This document shows positions 29,995 to 39,937 of a stretch of 64,000 nt of DNA, one piece after another (positions within the stretch are counted from its first letter, which is position 1; every line of letters starts with the position of its first letter). The translations under genes were made by a program, and so were the position numbers. Location of the stretch: the IMG/VR virus record IMGVR_UViG_3300010282_000007, positions 6,297 through 70,296 of that record. One strand, given 5' to 3'. The notes under the pieces were generated by a model. The model saw only the letters and a program-made list of their open reading frames with translations, was not told where the DNA came from and made no database searches. The DNA is from a virus (Duplodnaviria > Caudoviricetes).

Positions 29995-30227
29995 ATTTCT
30001 CTACAAACTTTCAAGAGTCCTGAAAACTCTTGAGAGTACGATAAATATGTACGTTTTAAAAGTTTTACGATTAGGAAAAAATCTATAGTGTTTGGAAAAG
30101 AAAGTGGCTTTGTTCATCTGTGTTTTGCCACGAAAGTAAAACAATTATTTCTATGGGCATTTTATCGGAAACTTTGCATGAATTAAGTTTTGTGCAAAGT
30201 ACTATTATTCACCAAAACATTTCAATT

Positions 30228-30380
30228 ATGAGAACAAGAGTTTATAGAAAAGTTCGCTTCGGCACAAAGTATGTGCTGGCTGCAAGTACGGAGAAAGTTG
30301 ATGAAAAGTTATCTTTGTGGGTGAACCCTATAAAGACAACTGCTCGGAGAAAAACGCTTTCAGACCTTTGGAGCAACTAA
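30228..30380 (+). CDS. Hypothetical basic protein, 50 aa
   Basis: Hairpin plus tattcacc leader, ATG at 30228. Confidence 0.5.
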   Translation: MRTRVYRKVRFGTKYVLAASTEKVDEKLSLWVNPIKTTARRKTLSDLWSN

Positions 30381-30441
30381 CTTTTCCCTCAATCTTTTTG
30401 CGAAAGGTTGAGGGTTCTAATTTATTCACACATTAAACAAT

Positions 30442-31149
30442 TTGGACTATGAAAGAAGTAAAAATCTTTATTCGTTCGATGAGTTGAGCGAAGAAGTAAG
30501 AAAGTCGCTCGTTGAAGCGCAAAGTTTTGAGCTCGGCTACGATGTTATGGAATGCTATGCATCCGACTACGAAGGTACGCTAAAAAAGTTTGAGGAATTG
30601 ATGGGAATAAAAGTCAACTACAGCGTTGACTATTGCGCCTATAGTTTCTCTTTCAAGTTTACAACTGAAAGCTACCTTATGGGAGATTGGAACGGAGAAA
30701 CTTTCTACGAGGATGAAATCTGCGGAAAACTTTTGCGCAGGTGGCTGAATCGAGAGTTTTTACCGTATGCTCTTCCCGCAAAACATTTTGTCAACTACGA
30801 TGCCGGCTATAATAGAGAAAAAAGGCATTGGAACAAACAACGCTGGTCAAAAATTCAGCGTGAAAGTTTCGACAACTGCCCTCTCACTGGAATGTGCTAT
30901 GACTACGATGTTTTAGAACCAATCATCAAGCGTCTCTCCAAGCCTATCCCCAAAAACTTTTCCTTAAAGGATATGGTTAATGAAAGTCTTGACGCACTTT
31001 TCTCCGCGTGGCACAAAGAGTATGAATATTGGTGCGACAATGAAGACAACTGTCTCGAAGAAGAGTTTAGGCGTAGGCATGAAGATGAACTTTTCTTTGC
31101 AGACGGAATAATCTTTAACGGAACTTTCGACGAGGCAGATGCTGCCTGA
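30442..31149 (+). CDS. Hypothetical acidic protein, about 233 aa; start ambiguous, possible early frameshift
   Basis: The canonical leader points to ATG 30449, which is out of frame with the body (LYSFDELSEE...). Confidence 0.65.
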   Translation: MDYERSKNLYSFDELSEEVRKSLVEAQSFELGYDVMECYASDYEGTLKKFEELMGIKVNYSVDYCAYSFSFKFTTESYLMGDWNGETFYEDEICGKLLRRWLNREFLPYALPAKHFVNYDAGYNREKRHWNKQRWSKIQRESFDNCPLTGMCYDYDVLEPIIKRLSKPIPKNFSLKDMVNESLDALFSAWHKEYEYWCDNEDNCLEEEFRRRHEDELFFADGIIFNGTFDEADAA

Positions 31150-31211
31150 CTCTGAAACTTTCAGGGGAATTGCTTTCCCTTGGAAGTACGATTAATCTAA
31201 ACTTTACAATT

Positions 31212-31667
31212 ATGGAAACTATTGTCATTAATGATTTTATTGGCTACGATGCCATGGAAGAGAAATTAAGAGAACTTTACAAAGATTCCCTTGATGAATG
31301 TGAGGCCGCAAAGTACGAAAGTACGATTGAAACTTATGCGGAAATCAATGCAGGCCAAATCGTTGAAGATATGCACAAATACGTCCACCAAAAATCTACA
31401 AAGATTTACGGAAATTTCTGCAACATTCGTGAAGACTGGGAATATTTGCCTGAGTTTATCGGCTCGGAAGTTCAGCCGTGGGGAAAGTTTGACGATGTTG
31501 TAAAAAGCATCGACGATGGAACTATTTCCGAAGAAGACCTTGAAAAGTTTCAAACTTGGTGCCGCGACTGGTTCTTCACTGCATTCGGAACTTATGGGCT
31601 GTGCTACAATTTCCAAACTCTCATTTCAGAATTAGAGTGGGAGGAAGAACACGAAAAGACAGCCTAA
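31212..31667 (+). CDS. Hypothetical acidic protein, 151 aa
   Basis: Cassette ORF. Confidence 0.75.
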   Translation: METIVINDFIGYDAMEEKLRELYKDSLDECEAAKYESTIETYAEINAGQIVEDMHKYVHQKSTKIYGNFCNIREDWEYLPEFIGSEVQPWGKFDDVVKSIDDGTISEEDLEKFQTWCRDWFFTAFGTYGLCYNFQTLISELEWEEEHEKTA

Positions 31668-31730
31668 AACTTTCGCTCTCGCTCTTTTTGCAAAGGGCGG
31701 GAGTACGAATAACTTTTAAATTTTGTAATT

Positions 31731-32192
31731 ATGGATTTTGAAACATTCTGCAAAAGAACTGCGAAGTTTCTCGGTTTGGAACTTTGCGAAATGAGTAGTA
31801 AGTACCCCAAGCGTGCCAAAACAATGGTTGCGACAAGGGAGAACCCGAACCCAAAGTTTCAGGTTGACTTTACGGATTGTTCGCGCGATGAAGGCCACAA
31901 AGATTATTATGCTGAAGTTTACGGAAACGTAAACGGCCACAATATTTTGCTCGGCTACATTGGCTATGAAAAGATTGACGAACAGTTCGGCAACTTTGAG
32001 CATTGGGAGTGCCAAGTTTCTCCAGAAGGTCGCTACAACGAAGAGTTTATGCCTATAAATTCTGCTGGCGAAGAAGTTGACGGAGAACTTTGGTCGTACT
32101 ACTATGGCGGCTCTTTGAAGAGGGCTTGCAAGAGTTTTCTCAAAGGTGGCGCAATGACGAACCCCACACGCAAACCAAAAAGAGTGTGGTAA
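31731..32192 (+). CDS. Hypothetical protein, 153 aa
   Basis: Cassette ORF. Confidence 0.75.
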   Translation: MDFETFCKRTAKFLGLELCEMSSKYPKRAKTMVATRENPNPKFQVDFTDCSRDEGHKDYYAEVYGNVNGHNILLGYIGYEKIDEQFGNFEHWECQVSPEGRYNEEFMPINSAGEEVDGELWSYYYGGSLKRACKSFLKGGAMTNPTRKPKRVW

Positions 32193-32317
32193 AAACTTTG
32201 TCAGGGAGTTGCATCCCTGACATTGACAAATCAAAGAAAAATTTGGTTTAATGTGTTCGGGCGTGGTCGGTTTGCTATCGGCTGCGCCTTCTAAGTTTCA
32301 CAAAAAAGTATTCAATT

Positions 32318-32542
32318 ATGAAAGAGTTCGAGAAAAATTATCGTGCTTGGTTCCAAGTATGCAAAGATAACCAAGCATTTAGTGAGGAAGGACGAAAAGT
32401 TTTGAGAAAGTTGTTCGACTCCGTACCGAAGGAAATTGATTTCGGCAAATTTATGGACGCATTTCTCTCGCGTCCAACTTGGAATCTTGAAGAAAGTACG
32501 AAATGGATAATGAACAAAATGAAAGAACTTTCCGCTGCCTAA
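32318..32542 (+). CDS. Hypothetical protein, 74 aa
   Basis: Cassette ORF. Confidence 0.65.
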   Translation: MKEFEKNYRAWFQVCKDNQAFSEEGRKVLRKLFDSVPKEIDFGKFMDAFLSRPTWNLEESTKWIMNKMKELSAA

Positions 32543-32605
32543 ATTTATTCCACAATCTTTCTACAAAGGTTGTGGGAGCAAATAACAACCAAAACTTTAT
32601 GAATT

Positions 32606-32818
32606 ATGGAATACTACGAAGACTCTTTCCAAAGTTATCAAGAATCACAAAACACTTGTGCATTCAACTATTATGCAGTCATGTGCGACGGTGTGGAATG
32701 GTTCTCTGGAAGTTACGAGGCATGCGTTGATGAAATTGATGAACTTGTCAGAGAGAATGCCCCCTATGCAAAAAAGTCTGACTTCTCAATAGAAACTCGT
32801 TACTCAAGCGGCTACTAA
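32606..32818 (+). CDS. Hypothetical acidic protein, 70 aa
   Basis: Cassette ORF. Confidence 0.65.
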   Translation: MEYYEDSFQSYQESQNTCAFNYYAVMCDGVEWFSGSYEACVDEIDELVRENAPYAKKSDFSIETRYSSGY

Positions 32819-32890
32819 ACTTTTTCAGAGCGCAGACTCCTTGCAAAGTTTGCGCTTGCAAGTTTTTTAACCCTATAAATAAATTCAATT

Positions 32891-33340
32891 ATGAAAGAAA
32901 TGAAAAAAGAAGTCGTCACCAAGACAACAAAGACGGTGTTCGTCGCAAATGACGGAACAGAGTTTAACGACAAACTTGAGTGCGAAAAGTACGAGAAATC
33001 AGCCAAAGGGGTTTTGTACGCAAAGTATGCACCCATGGTTGTCAAGGCGACTAACGAAGAAAAACTTTTCTCCGTCGGCTGCTGCGATGACGATGTTGAA
33101 ATTGTGAAAATTGAAACTCAAGAGGATGCAGACCTTGTTCTCCAAATCTTTTTGCTTGAAAATCCGAATTATGCAAAAGAAGAAAATAAAGAAAATTTGC
33201 AGAAAGAGAAAGAGAGCATCGATGCCGCAATCGGAGACTTTCTGATTGTATGTCGCGGCTATGCCCATGACGGATTTTGGCTTTATGGATCCAGAGAGTC
33301 TATCATCGACGCTTTCAACAAAAAGTTTGAAAAACTCTAA
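32891..33340 (+). CDS. Hypothetical protein, 149 aa
   Basis: Cassette ORF (FVANDGTEFNDKLECEKYE). Confidence 0.75.
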   Translation: MKEMKKEVVTKTTKTVFVANDGTEFNDKLECEKYEKSAKGVLYAKYAPMVVKATNEEKLFSVGCCDDDVEIVKIETQEDADLVLQIFLLENPNYAKEENKENLQKEKESIDAAIGDFLIVCRGYAHDGFWLYGSRESIIDAFNKKFEKL

Positions 33341-33404
33341 TCTTTTCGGGCGCACTCTTTTTACCAAGGGTGCGCTTGCTGATTATTCACCAAAATATTT
33401 GATT

Positions 33405-33902
33405 ATGGCAACTTTACAAGATTATGGCATCCGCTTCATTTCTCATGGAAATTGGAGCGACCCCGAAATTGAGTGGGAAAAGTCTTTGCACCAAAAAGTT
33501 TTGTTCAACTATTGGGACGTTGCAGAATGCACCGACTACGAAACTCTTGACCACACGGACGATATTGACCTACAAGAATTGGTCGCACAACTTTGGGCAT
33601 TAACTCCAAGCGGCTACGCTCGTCCGCGCATAGATTATGAGTGGGAAGTTTCTAATGGAAGTTTCTATGAAAACTATGACGATGCAGACTACTACGAAGA
33701 GTACAAACTTTCAGACAAAGAAGATTTTGTGCTGCATAGTACAGGCCAGGCACTCAAGCAAGCTCTGCAATACTTGGAAGACCACAACGACCATGATGCT
33801 TGCATTCAAATCTTTCGCTGTGACGGCGGAAACAGAAAACTTGTCGCAAATTACACGCTGCAAGGCTCAACGCTGAAAGATGTGATGTGCTACAAAAAGT
33901 AA
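33405..33902 (+). CDS. Hypothetical acidic protein, 165 aa
   Basis: Cassette ORF, ATG at 33405. Confidence 0.75.
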   Translation: MATLQDYGIRFISHGNWSDPEIEWEKSLHQKVLFNYWDVAECTDYETLDHTDDIDLQELVAQLWALTPSGYARPRIDYEWEVSNGSFYENYDDADYYEEYKLSDKEDFVLHSTGQALKQALQYLEDHNDHDACIQIFRCDGGNRKLVANYTLQGSTLKDVMCYKK

Positions 33903-33980
33903 TTCTCTTCTACGGCTGGAAAGTACGAAAACTTTCCGGCTGACGATTTCATTCACTTTATTAACTAAACAAATTCAATT

Positions 33981-34382
33981 ATGAAAAAGATTATTGTTTC
34001 AATGGTAGCCATCATGGTGGTATGTATTTTCACCTCCTGCACTGGGGAAAGTTTCTTAGATGAAACAGACCCTATTGTGGAGCAAACCGTAAATCGAACC
34101 ACTTTTGACGAAGAGTCGGAGTGGAAAATCGAAATCATGAGAGTTATGCACAACATTGTGGAAGTTCACAAAGACTTCGAGAACTTTCAGGCCGCTCTTC
34201 CCAAAAGTTTGTGCGGAAAAATGATTTCGGGAAAGTTCAACTTTCTCGAAGGTTTAGAAATCATGCGCTATTGGTACGAAAACGATGAATGTTATGATGT
34301 TTTGTGTGAGTGGCCTGAGTGGGACACTTTCATAGAAATGTTGCCAACAAGCCTTCTCAATCAGTTTGAATTTTACCTTTGA
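33981..34382 (+). CDS. Putative lipoprotein, 133 aa
   Basis: MKKIIVSMVAIMVVCIFTS-C signal peptide/lipobox; acidic residues after the Cys. Confidence 0.6.
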   Translation: MKKIIVSMVAIMVVCIFTSCTGESFLDETDPIVEQTVNRTTFDEESEWKIEIMRVMHNIVEVHKDFENFQAALPKSLCGKMISGKFNFLEGLEIMRYWYENDECYDVLCEWPEWDTFIEMLPTSLLNQFEFYL

Positions 34383-34452
34383 CGGCCGCAAACAAAGTCG
34401 GGAGTTTTGCCTCTCCCGATTTTGCTAAACATTAACCCAAAACTTTTAAATT

Positions 34453-34782
34453 ATGGAAATAAGTAAAATAAAGTACGGCGGAAGTTACATTGATGTAATC
34501 TTCACTGGCCCATGCTATTTCTTTTTCTCTTCTTTTTGCGGCTACATAGCCATTGCAGAAAGAACCGAAGAAAGCATCGAAAAAGCCGGCTCCGGCTGGC
34601 AAGAGTTTGTAATCTATTCGGGTAACAAGCGAATGCCCGACGGGATAGAAAAAGATTGGTTCGAATTGGCCGAAAAGTTCATAAGAAGACAAGAGTGTAA
34701 ATTTGTCAAGACAAAAGTAAATTTCATTGAGAAAATTGCTGACCTTGACAAGTGCCATGTAACTGTCTCCTACGAACTATAA
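34453..34782 (+). CDS. Hypothetical protein, 109 aa
   Basis: Cassette ORF. Confidence 0.7.
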   Translation: MEISKIKYGGSYIDVIFTGPCYFFFSSFCGYIAIAERTEESIEKAGSGWQEFVIYSGNKRMPDGIEKDWFELAEKFIRRQECKFVKTKVNFIEKIADLDKCHVTVSYEL

Positions 34783-34845
34783 CAAAATCCCTCTGAAACC
34801 TAAACTTTCAGGGGGAAACTATTATTCACCAATTATTCAAAAGTT

Positions 34846-35238
34846 ATGGATGCAAAACAAACTAAAAAAGAAATGTTCTTAAAGTTGGCAACCGACATCA
34901 AGAACTTGGGTTACAAAGTTTTCGTAAGGTACAACGAATGGGGCCAACATTACGGATGGGTTGTAAATGAAAAGGACGAAATCGGCTATTTTCAGTTTGA
35001 TGACTTTGGTTGTGGGATAATTTTTTCAACGGTCCACAAACCATGCTATGAGTTTGGCACAGGCTTCTCTCTTGACGATTGGGATGAAGGCCACAGAACT
35101 TTCACGCGAGAAATTGTCGATAGATGTTTCATTCATCACCCAAGTTGGGCGAGAGGAAAACTTTCTCAAATCCGCAAGTACACGGCAACGGAATACTTTG
35201 CAAACTATTGGGACAAAGAAAACGTTATCGAACTCTAA
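34846..35238 (+). CDS. Hypothetical protein, 130 aa
   Basis: Cassette ORF. Confidence 0.7.
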   Translation: MDAKQTKKEMFLKLATDIKNLGYKVFVRYNEWGQHYGWVVNEKDEIGYFQFDDFGCGIIFSTVHKPCYEFGTGFSLDDWDEGHRTFTREIVDRCFIHHPSWARGKLSQIRKYTATEYFANYWDKENVIEL

Positions 35239-35297
35239 GACTTTCGGGCGAACTATCCTCGCCCAAAGTTTCAAACTTTAACCAAAACTTTTGAATT

Positions 35298-35645
35298 ATG
35301 AGACTAAAAGAAATTAAAACCATTGACGTGTTTACTCGTTGGTGGTATGACGAAGAGAACGGCAACCCCTATTATGCACGAAAGATTGTCGTAAACATCG
35401 GCACGGAGAGTGAGAAAACTTTCACCGTCAGGATGACGTGGGGAACCATCTACGGAATAGAGAGCGACCACATCGAAAGATTGCTCAAACTCCCGAAATC
35501 CGTAAGTTTCACGAACCACACGATATTCAGGCAAATCAACTACAGAAGTTGCGAAGTGAAGGCCATCCGCTATACCTACCATCCCGAAAAGAGAATCTAC
35601 AAGGAGGAAGGTCTGCGCAATCCTGAACGTTTCAGGAACTTCTAA
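35298..35645 (+). CDS. Hypothetical protein, 115 aa
   Basis: Cassette ORF. Confidence 0.7.
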   Translation: MRLKEIKTIDVFTRWWYDEENGNPYYARKIVVNIGTESEKTFTVRMTWGTIYGIESDHIERLLKLPKSVSFTNHTIFRQINYRSCEVKAIRYTYHPEKRIYKEEGLRNPERFRNF

Positions 35646-35718
35646 CAAAAACTTTCGGAGTCTTGCATAACTCCGAAGGTTGCAAACTTTTATGTTTCAC
35701 TTTTAAATTAATTCAATT

Positions 35719-36687
35719 ATGACAAATTTCATTATCGGTAGAAACTCTACCCAAGTTGCAACTGCTCCATCATTAAAGGAGTCAACCATCGTTGACAACA
35801 CAAAGTTCTTTGACTGGAACGAGAAAGGCTACGGCACTCAGCCGCTGACTTTGGAGATGCTTGAAAGAACTCAGCACGAAAATGATGTGCAGGGGAATCC
35901 CCTCAAAGGAATCTATCACTACGCGCTCATTAACGAAGTTCTTGGCATGTGTCAAGAGTTTGGCTATCAGACGGAAATCTATGACTTGTTCGCAGCGCAG
36001 AACCGTGACAAGAACATGCCTGGAGTTACCGTCATTCGTCAGGTTGAGGAACAGTTCGGAGAAAAGGCCGTTGAGGCACACATCCTTCGCCGTGTCTTCG
36101 CAAACATTCGCATCGCAAACTTTGACGATGCAGAGACTACGACGGGACTTGCAATCGCCTATCATCAGAAGGGAATCCAAGTTGGTTTTGGCCCACAGGT
36201 GAAAATCTGTCACAACCAGTGCATGCTCAGTCCAGAACTTTACATCGCATCCTATGGCGACAAGGGGACTGGCCGTGGCGGTGGCTCTGACATCGAAACA
36301 ATTCTTTCTACTGTTCGCACATGGCTCATGAATGCACAAAACATCATCGAGACAGACCGCAGAAAGATTGAGCGACTGAAGAACATCGAAGTTCCAGCAG
36401 ACCAAATGTTGATGATTATCGGCGCACTCACAGCCATGAGAGTTAAGGCCGATACGCAGCGCAAAACTATCCGCGCCAACATGACTTATCCGCTGAACCA
36501 GTCGCAGATAACTATCTTCACCGAAGACATGTTAGAGGCATACGAATTGCGCGAGAGAGTCACTGCATGGGACATCTACAACTCGGCAACTGAAATGTAT
36601 AAGGCAAACCGCATGGACATCCCGCAACTTTTGCCACAGAACCGTGCTATGGTGGCATTCCTCAACGACTGGTTCCAACTTGGCTAA
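35719..36687 (+). CDS. DUF932-like protein, 322 aa
   Basis: GIQVGFGPQVKICHNQCML and TAWDIYNSATE resemble the DUF932 ...C.N and T.W..YN..T motifs. Confidence 0.55.
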   Translation: MTNFIIGRNSTQVATAPSLKESTIVDNTKFFDWNEKGYGTQPLTLEMLERTQHENDVQGNPLKGIYHYALINEVLGMCQEFGYQTEIYDLFAAQNRDKNMPGVTVIRQVEEQFGEKAVEAHILRRVFANIRIANFDDAETTTGLAIAYHQKGIQVGFGPQVKICHNQCMLSPELYIASYGDKGTGRGGGSDIETILSTVRTWLMNAQNIIETDRRKIERLKNIEVPADQMLMIIGALTAMRVKADTQRKTIRANMTYPLNQSQITIFTEDMLEAYELRERVTAWDIYNSATEMYKANRMDIPQLLPQNRAMVAFLNDWFQLG

Positions 36688-36759
36688 ACTTTTCTCTCTT
36701 CGAACCTGTGAGAACTTGAAACTCTCACGGGTTTCAAATATTCACCAAACTATCAAATT

Positions 36760-36969
36760 ATGGAATTTACAACTTACAAAGGTTTCAAAATCGAGAAGAG
36801 AGGCAACGCCTATCTTCTTTGGGGAAAGAGTTTGTTCAACCCCATTGACATAGTTTTTTCTTCGGGGAAAACAATCGAAGGCTGCAAGAAGTTTGCGAGA
36901 AGTTTACTGAAAGCGTTCCATCTGCAAACTTGGCCTGTGTTATTCACCGACAAAATAACTAAGCCATGA
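36760..36969 (+). CDS. Hypothetical protein, 69 aa
   Basis: Cassette ORF. Confidence 0.6.
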   Translation: MEFTTYKGFKIEKRGNAYLLWGKSLFNPIDIVFSSGKTIEGCKKFARSLLKAFHLQTWPVLFTDKITKP

Positions 36970-37181
36970 AAAAAGTAAAATTGTCGGGTGGCTTTCACAA
37001 CTCTCCCGAAATAACAATCGCCCTTCCCGAAAAAGTCTATCAAGACTTAAAGGATGAGAAAGTAACGCTTTCTGACCGCCATGTGCTGACTACTTCACAA
37101 AGGAGAAAGTTGTCCGCGCATTTTTGCGGAATAAAGGGTTGTCAATGTGGCTCGTTTGTTCGTGCCACAATTACTTTCTAA
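36966..37181 (+). CDS. Hypothetical protein, 71 aa (C-terminal HFCGIKGCQCG, possible metal site)
   Basis: ORF coupled to the previous gene. Confidence 0.6.
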   Translation: MKKVKLSGGFHNSPEITIALPEKVYQDLKDEKVTLSDRHVLTTSQRRKLSAHFCGIKGCQCGSFVRATITF

Positions 37182-37247
37182 AGTCTTTCCCATTCCGTAG
37201 TCATTTGCCTGGCTATGGGATGCAATTCACCAAAAAATGTATTGTAT

Positions 37248-37445
37248 ATGAAAACAAAACTTATTGTGTATTTTATCAAAGGCTTCGACTGCATTGGCCG
37301 ATTGATAGTCGGAGAAAAACTCGGAGAGATAGAACTTCCCGAAAATTGGGACGAAAAAGGTTCTAATGCCTACCTTGAAGAGTGGGCGAAAGAAAATGGC
37401 TATGCTTTGCATAGGCTGACTACTGATATGGTAGGCTACTACTAA
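37248..37445 (+). CDS. Hypothetical protein, 65 aa
   Basis: Cassette ORF. Confidence 0.6.
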   Translation: MKTKLIVYFIKGFDCIGRLIVGEKLGEIELPENWDEKGSNAYLEEWAKENGYALHRLTTDMVGYY

Positions 37446-37506
37446 CACCCATCCCACTTGCATACAACAATGCTTGCGGGAACTATTTTAACCAAAACTT
37501 TTAATT

Positions 37507-37638
37507 ATGAGAGAACTAAGGACTAAAAAGAGGATAACGGAAGAGTACCTTCGGCAAGACTTTTGGCCGCACGAAAAATCAAACGGGGAGGTTATTATGG
37601 TTTCAGCTGATTTCAAGTATTTCTACCGCCCTGTATGA
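37507..37638 (+). CDS. Hypothetical protein, 43 aa
   Basis: Hairpin plus leader; below the ORF-track cutoff. Confidence 0.5.
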   Translation: MRELRTKKRITEEYLRQDFWPHEKSNGEVIMVSADFKYFYRPV

Positions 37639-37700
37639 AAAAGAATGCCGCTGATTAATTTCAACGGCATTTTCTATTATTTACCAAAAACTTTTCAATT

Positions 37701-38066
37701 ATGTACGCAACAATCATTAGAATCCGCGTGTTCAAGAACTTGAAAGATAGTGAACACATCATCCAATACTTGTACTTCGACTACGACCAAGCCGAAAGGG
37801 AAGCAAGAAAGATTGCAGACCATCGCGCAAAAGTTAAAGGCCAAAAGTATTGGACGATTGAGAAAAAGAATTACGAGGGAGAAGCCATCAAAACTTGGGT
37901 GTTCGACGATGACGTAATGCTCACTCTCGAAAGCGACTTTTGGCTCTACGACATACCATCCGGAAAGTTTTACCTCAAGGGACCTGACTTCGAGACAAAA
38001 GTATTCAAAGACCTCAATGAGGCAACGGAGTACATCGAATCGACACAGCCGCGATGGGAAGACTGA
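37701..38066 (+). CDS. Hypothetical protein, 121 aa
   Basis: Cassette ORF. Confidence 0.7.
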   Translation: MYATIIRIRVFKNLKDSEHIIQYLYFDYDQAEREARKIADHRAKVKGQKYWTIEKKNYEGEAIKTWVFDDDVMLTLESDFWLYDIPSGKFYLKGPDFETKVFKDLNEATEYIESTQPRWED

Positions 38067-38126
38067 AACTTTCGGGAGTGTAAAAACTCCCGATTGTGCA
38101 ATTTCTAACCAAAAAGTTTTTCGATT

Positions 38127-38300
38127 ATGACTGACGGACAAAAAGCAACCATCGTGCTAAACTATCTTGAAGAGTGTGACAGCACAACAATACTAAATGT
38201 TTTAGACTGCCTCCTCTCAGACGAGGGGCTGGTTCTCATTTACGACAACATGAAAGCCGAAGGCATTGATTTGCCTAACGATGGCGAAGACGATGCCTAA
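38127..38300 (+). CDS. Hypothetical acidic protein, 57 aa
   Basis: Hairpin plus leader; below the ORF-track cutoff. Confidence 0.55.
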   Translation: MTDGQKATIVLNYLEECDSTTILNVLDCLLSDEGLVLIYDNMKAEGIDLPNDGEDDA

Positions 38301-38362
38301 GAATGAAAACTTTGCGGAGAAATAAAAACTCCGCAAGGTTCTATTCACCAAAACTTTTGATT

Positions 38363-38599
38363 ATGACAAATAGAAAAAAATGCGAAGATGTCCTAAAAAG
38401 GATAAGCGGACAATTAAACAAACAAATCTTTCTCGGATATAGCAACGGAATGGTCTATGCTTATACAAAGTATGATTTTGGCCAATATCATGCTCCGTTC
38501 GAGAACTATGTCAAAATGCGAACGCCAAAAGAAATGCTATCTTTCCTGCTCGGCGTTGAAGCGGGAATACAAATAGTGAAGTTTGGTGGCGTTGTTTAA
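38363..38599 (+). CDS. Hypothetical protein, 78 aa
   Basis: Cassette ORF. Confidence 0.6.
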   Translation: MTNRKKCEDVLKRISGQLNKQIFLGYSNGMVYAYTKYDFGQYHAPFENYVKMRTPKEMLSFLLGVEAGIQIVKFGGVV

Positions 38600-38654
38600 A
38601 GGTAGGAGGCGTAACAACCTCCTATCTTGCTATTCACCCCCAAACTTTAGGACT

Positions 38655-38789
38655 ATGAAAACTTTTCAGCAAATCAGCGAACAATGCGAAAGAATTGCAA
38701 AACTATACTGCAAAGGTTTCGGCACAAATAAGATGTACGAAAAAGCATCAGAAATATTTCTGAATGCCTATAACGTGAGCGTGAAATAA
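38655..38789 (+). CDS. Hypothetical protein, 44 aa
   Basis: Cassette ORF. Confidence 0.5.
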   Translation: MKTFQQISEQCERIAKLYCKGFGTNKMYEKASEIFLNAYNVSVK

Positions 38790-38831
38790 CTCTTCACGCT
38801 TTCGGCTAATATTCACTAAAAAGTAACAATT

Positions 38832-39281
38832 ATGGAAAAGAAAGTCTGGAGTAAAAACGGAATGAAACAAATTATTAATAGCGGCTGGAAAGAGTTTGAC
38901 CGACAAACTAATTGCATAACTACTGGGAATGCTTACTGCAACACCCAATATAGTAGTTACATCAGGCCGTACAAAGAAACCGAGTGCAATGGTTTCGTGA
39001 AGCCGCAAGGTGAATTATTGGCGTGGGACTTGCAACAGTATAGACGTTTCAGAATACCCGAAGCAATCGAAGAAGTTTTGCGGGACAAGAACCGCGAAAA
39101 AAGTGTTATCCTCTACATGTTCTTCATCACGAACAAAGAAGGAAGGGTTGAGCCTTTCTCGTGGGTGTTGACAGACTACGACCACAACCTTATTACCTAT
39201 CGTCTTGCTGTGCGTTGGGGACAAAGTTATAACAAACGGATGCTTGCAACACACGAAGCCTTGAAGTACATCACCAACTAA
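38832..39281 (+). CDS. Hypothetical protein, 149 aa
   Basis: Cassette ORF. Confidence 0.7.
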   Translation: MEKKVWSKNGMKQIINSGWKEFDRQTNCITTGNAYCNTQYSSYIRPYKETECNGFVKPQGELLAWDLQQYRRFRIPEAIEEVLRDKNREKSVILYMFFITNKEGRVEPFSWVLTDYDHNLITYRLAVRWGQSYNKRMLATHEALKYITN

Positions 39282-39345
39282 ACTCCAAAACTTTGCAGCC
39301 ATCTGAACGACTGCAAAGTACGATATTAACCAAAACAAAACAATT

Positions 39346-39873
39346 ATGGAAATCAATTATCTAAAAAGAATCTGCAAGGCGATACTTGCTGACAGGTTCA
39401 ATTACAAAAGATTCCTAAACGGAGGAACTTGGAACGGAGTGGAAATCATGACTTGTCCCATCTTTGTGTCATACGGGAAAATAGGCTATAGTGTCTCAAT
39501 CATCGGAGAGAACTACGAACTGTCGTATGATTGGGAAATGGGAAAACTCACCATCAACGACGAGCCTTGGAAAGAGTTTATCAATCTTGAATACCTCGAA
39601 GAAAATGAAATTAATTCCTGCGGGGAGAAAGAGTTTGAGACATACACAGATGCTGGAGAAGACATGATTATCAATCTTGAAGAAGTTACGAAAGAATCGC
39701 TCCAGCAGTACATTGATGATTTCGACATTGACGAAGAAGTTTGGATATGGTGGCAAGATGGGTATGAGGCAGCAAGAGAAAAGACTCCTTTCACCTACCC
39801 AAGCGAACAGGCCGATGACTACAAATCTTTCCTAAAACGCTTGCAGAAAATCTGCAATAAAATGCCGTTCTAA
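39346..39873 (+). CDS. Hypothetical acidic protein, 175 aa
   Basis: Cassette ORF. Confidence 0.7.
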   Translation: MEINYLKRICKAILADRFNYKRFLNGGTWNGVEIMTCPIFVSYGKIGYSVSIIGENYELSYDWEMGKLTINDEPWKEFINLEYLEENEINSCGEKEFETYTDAGEDMIINLEEVTKESLQQYIDDFDIDEEVWIWWQDGYEAAREKTPFTYPSEQADDYKSFLKRLQKICNKMPF

Positions 39874-39937
39874 CCCACAAAAACTATCTGTTTCATTGTC
39901 GAAGCAGATAGTTCAAATTACATCAAAAATATGGATT

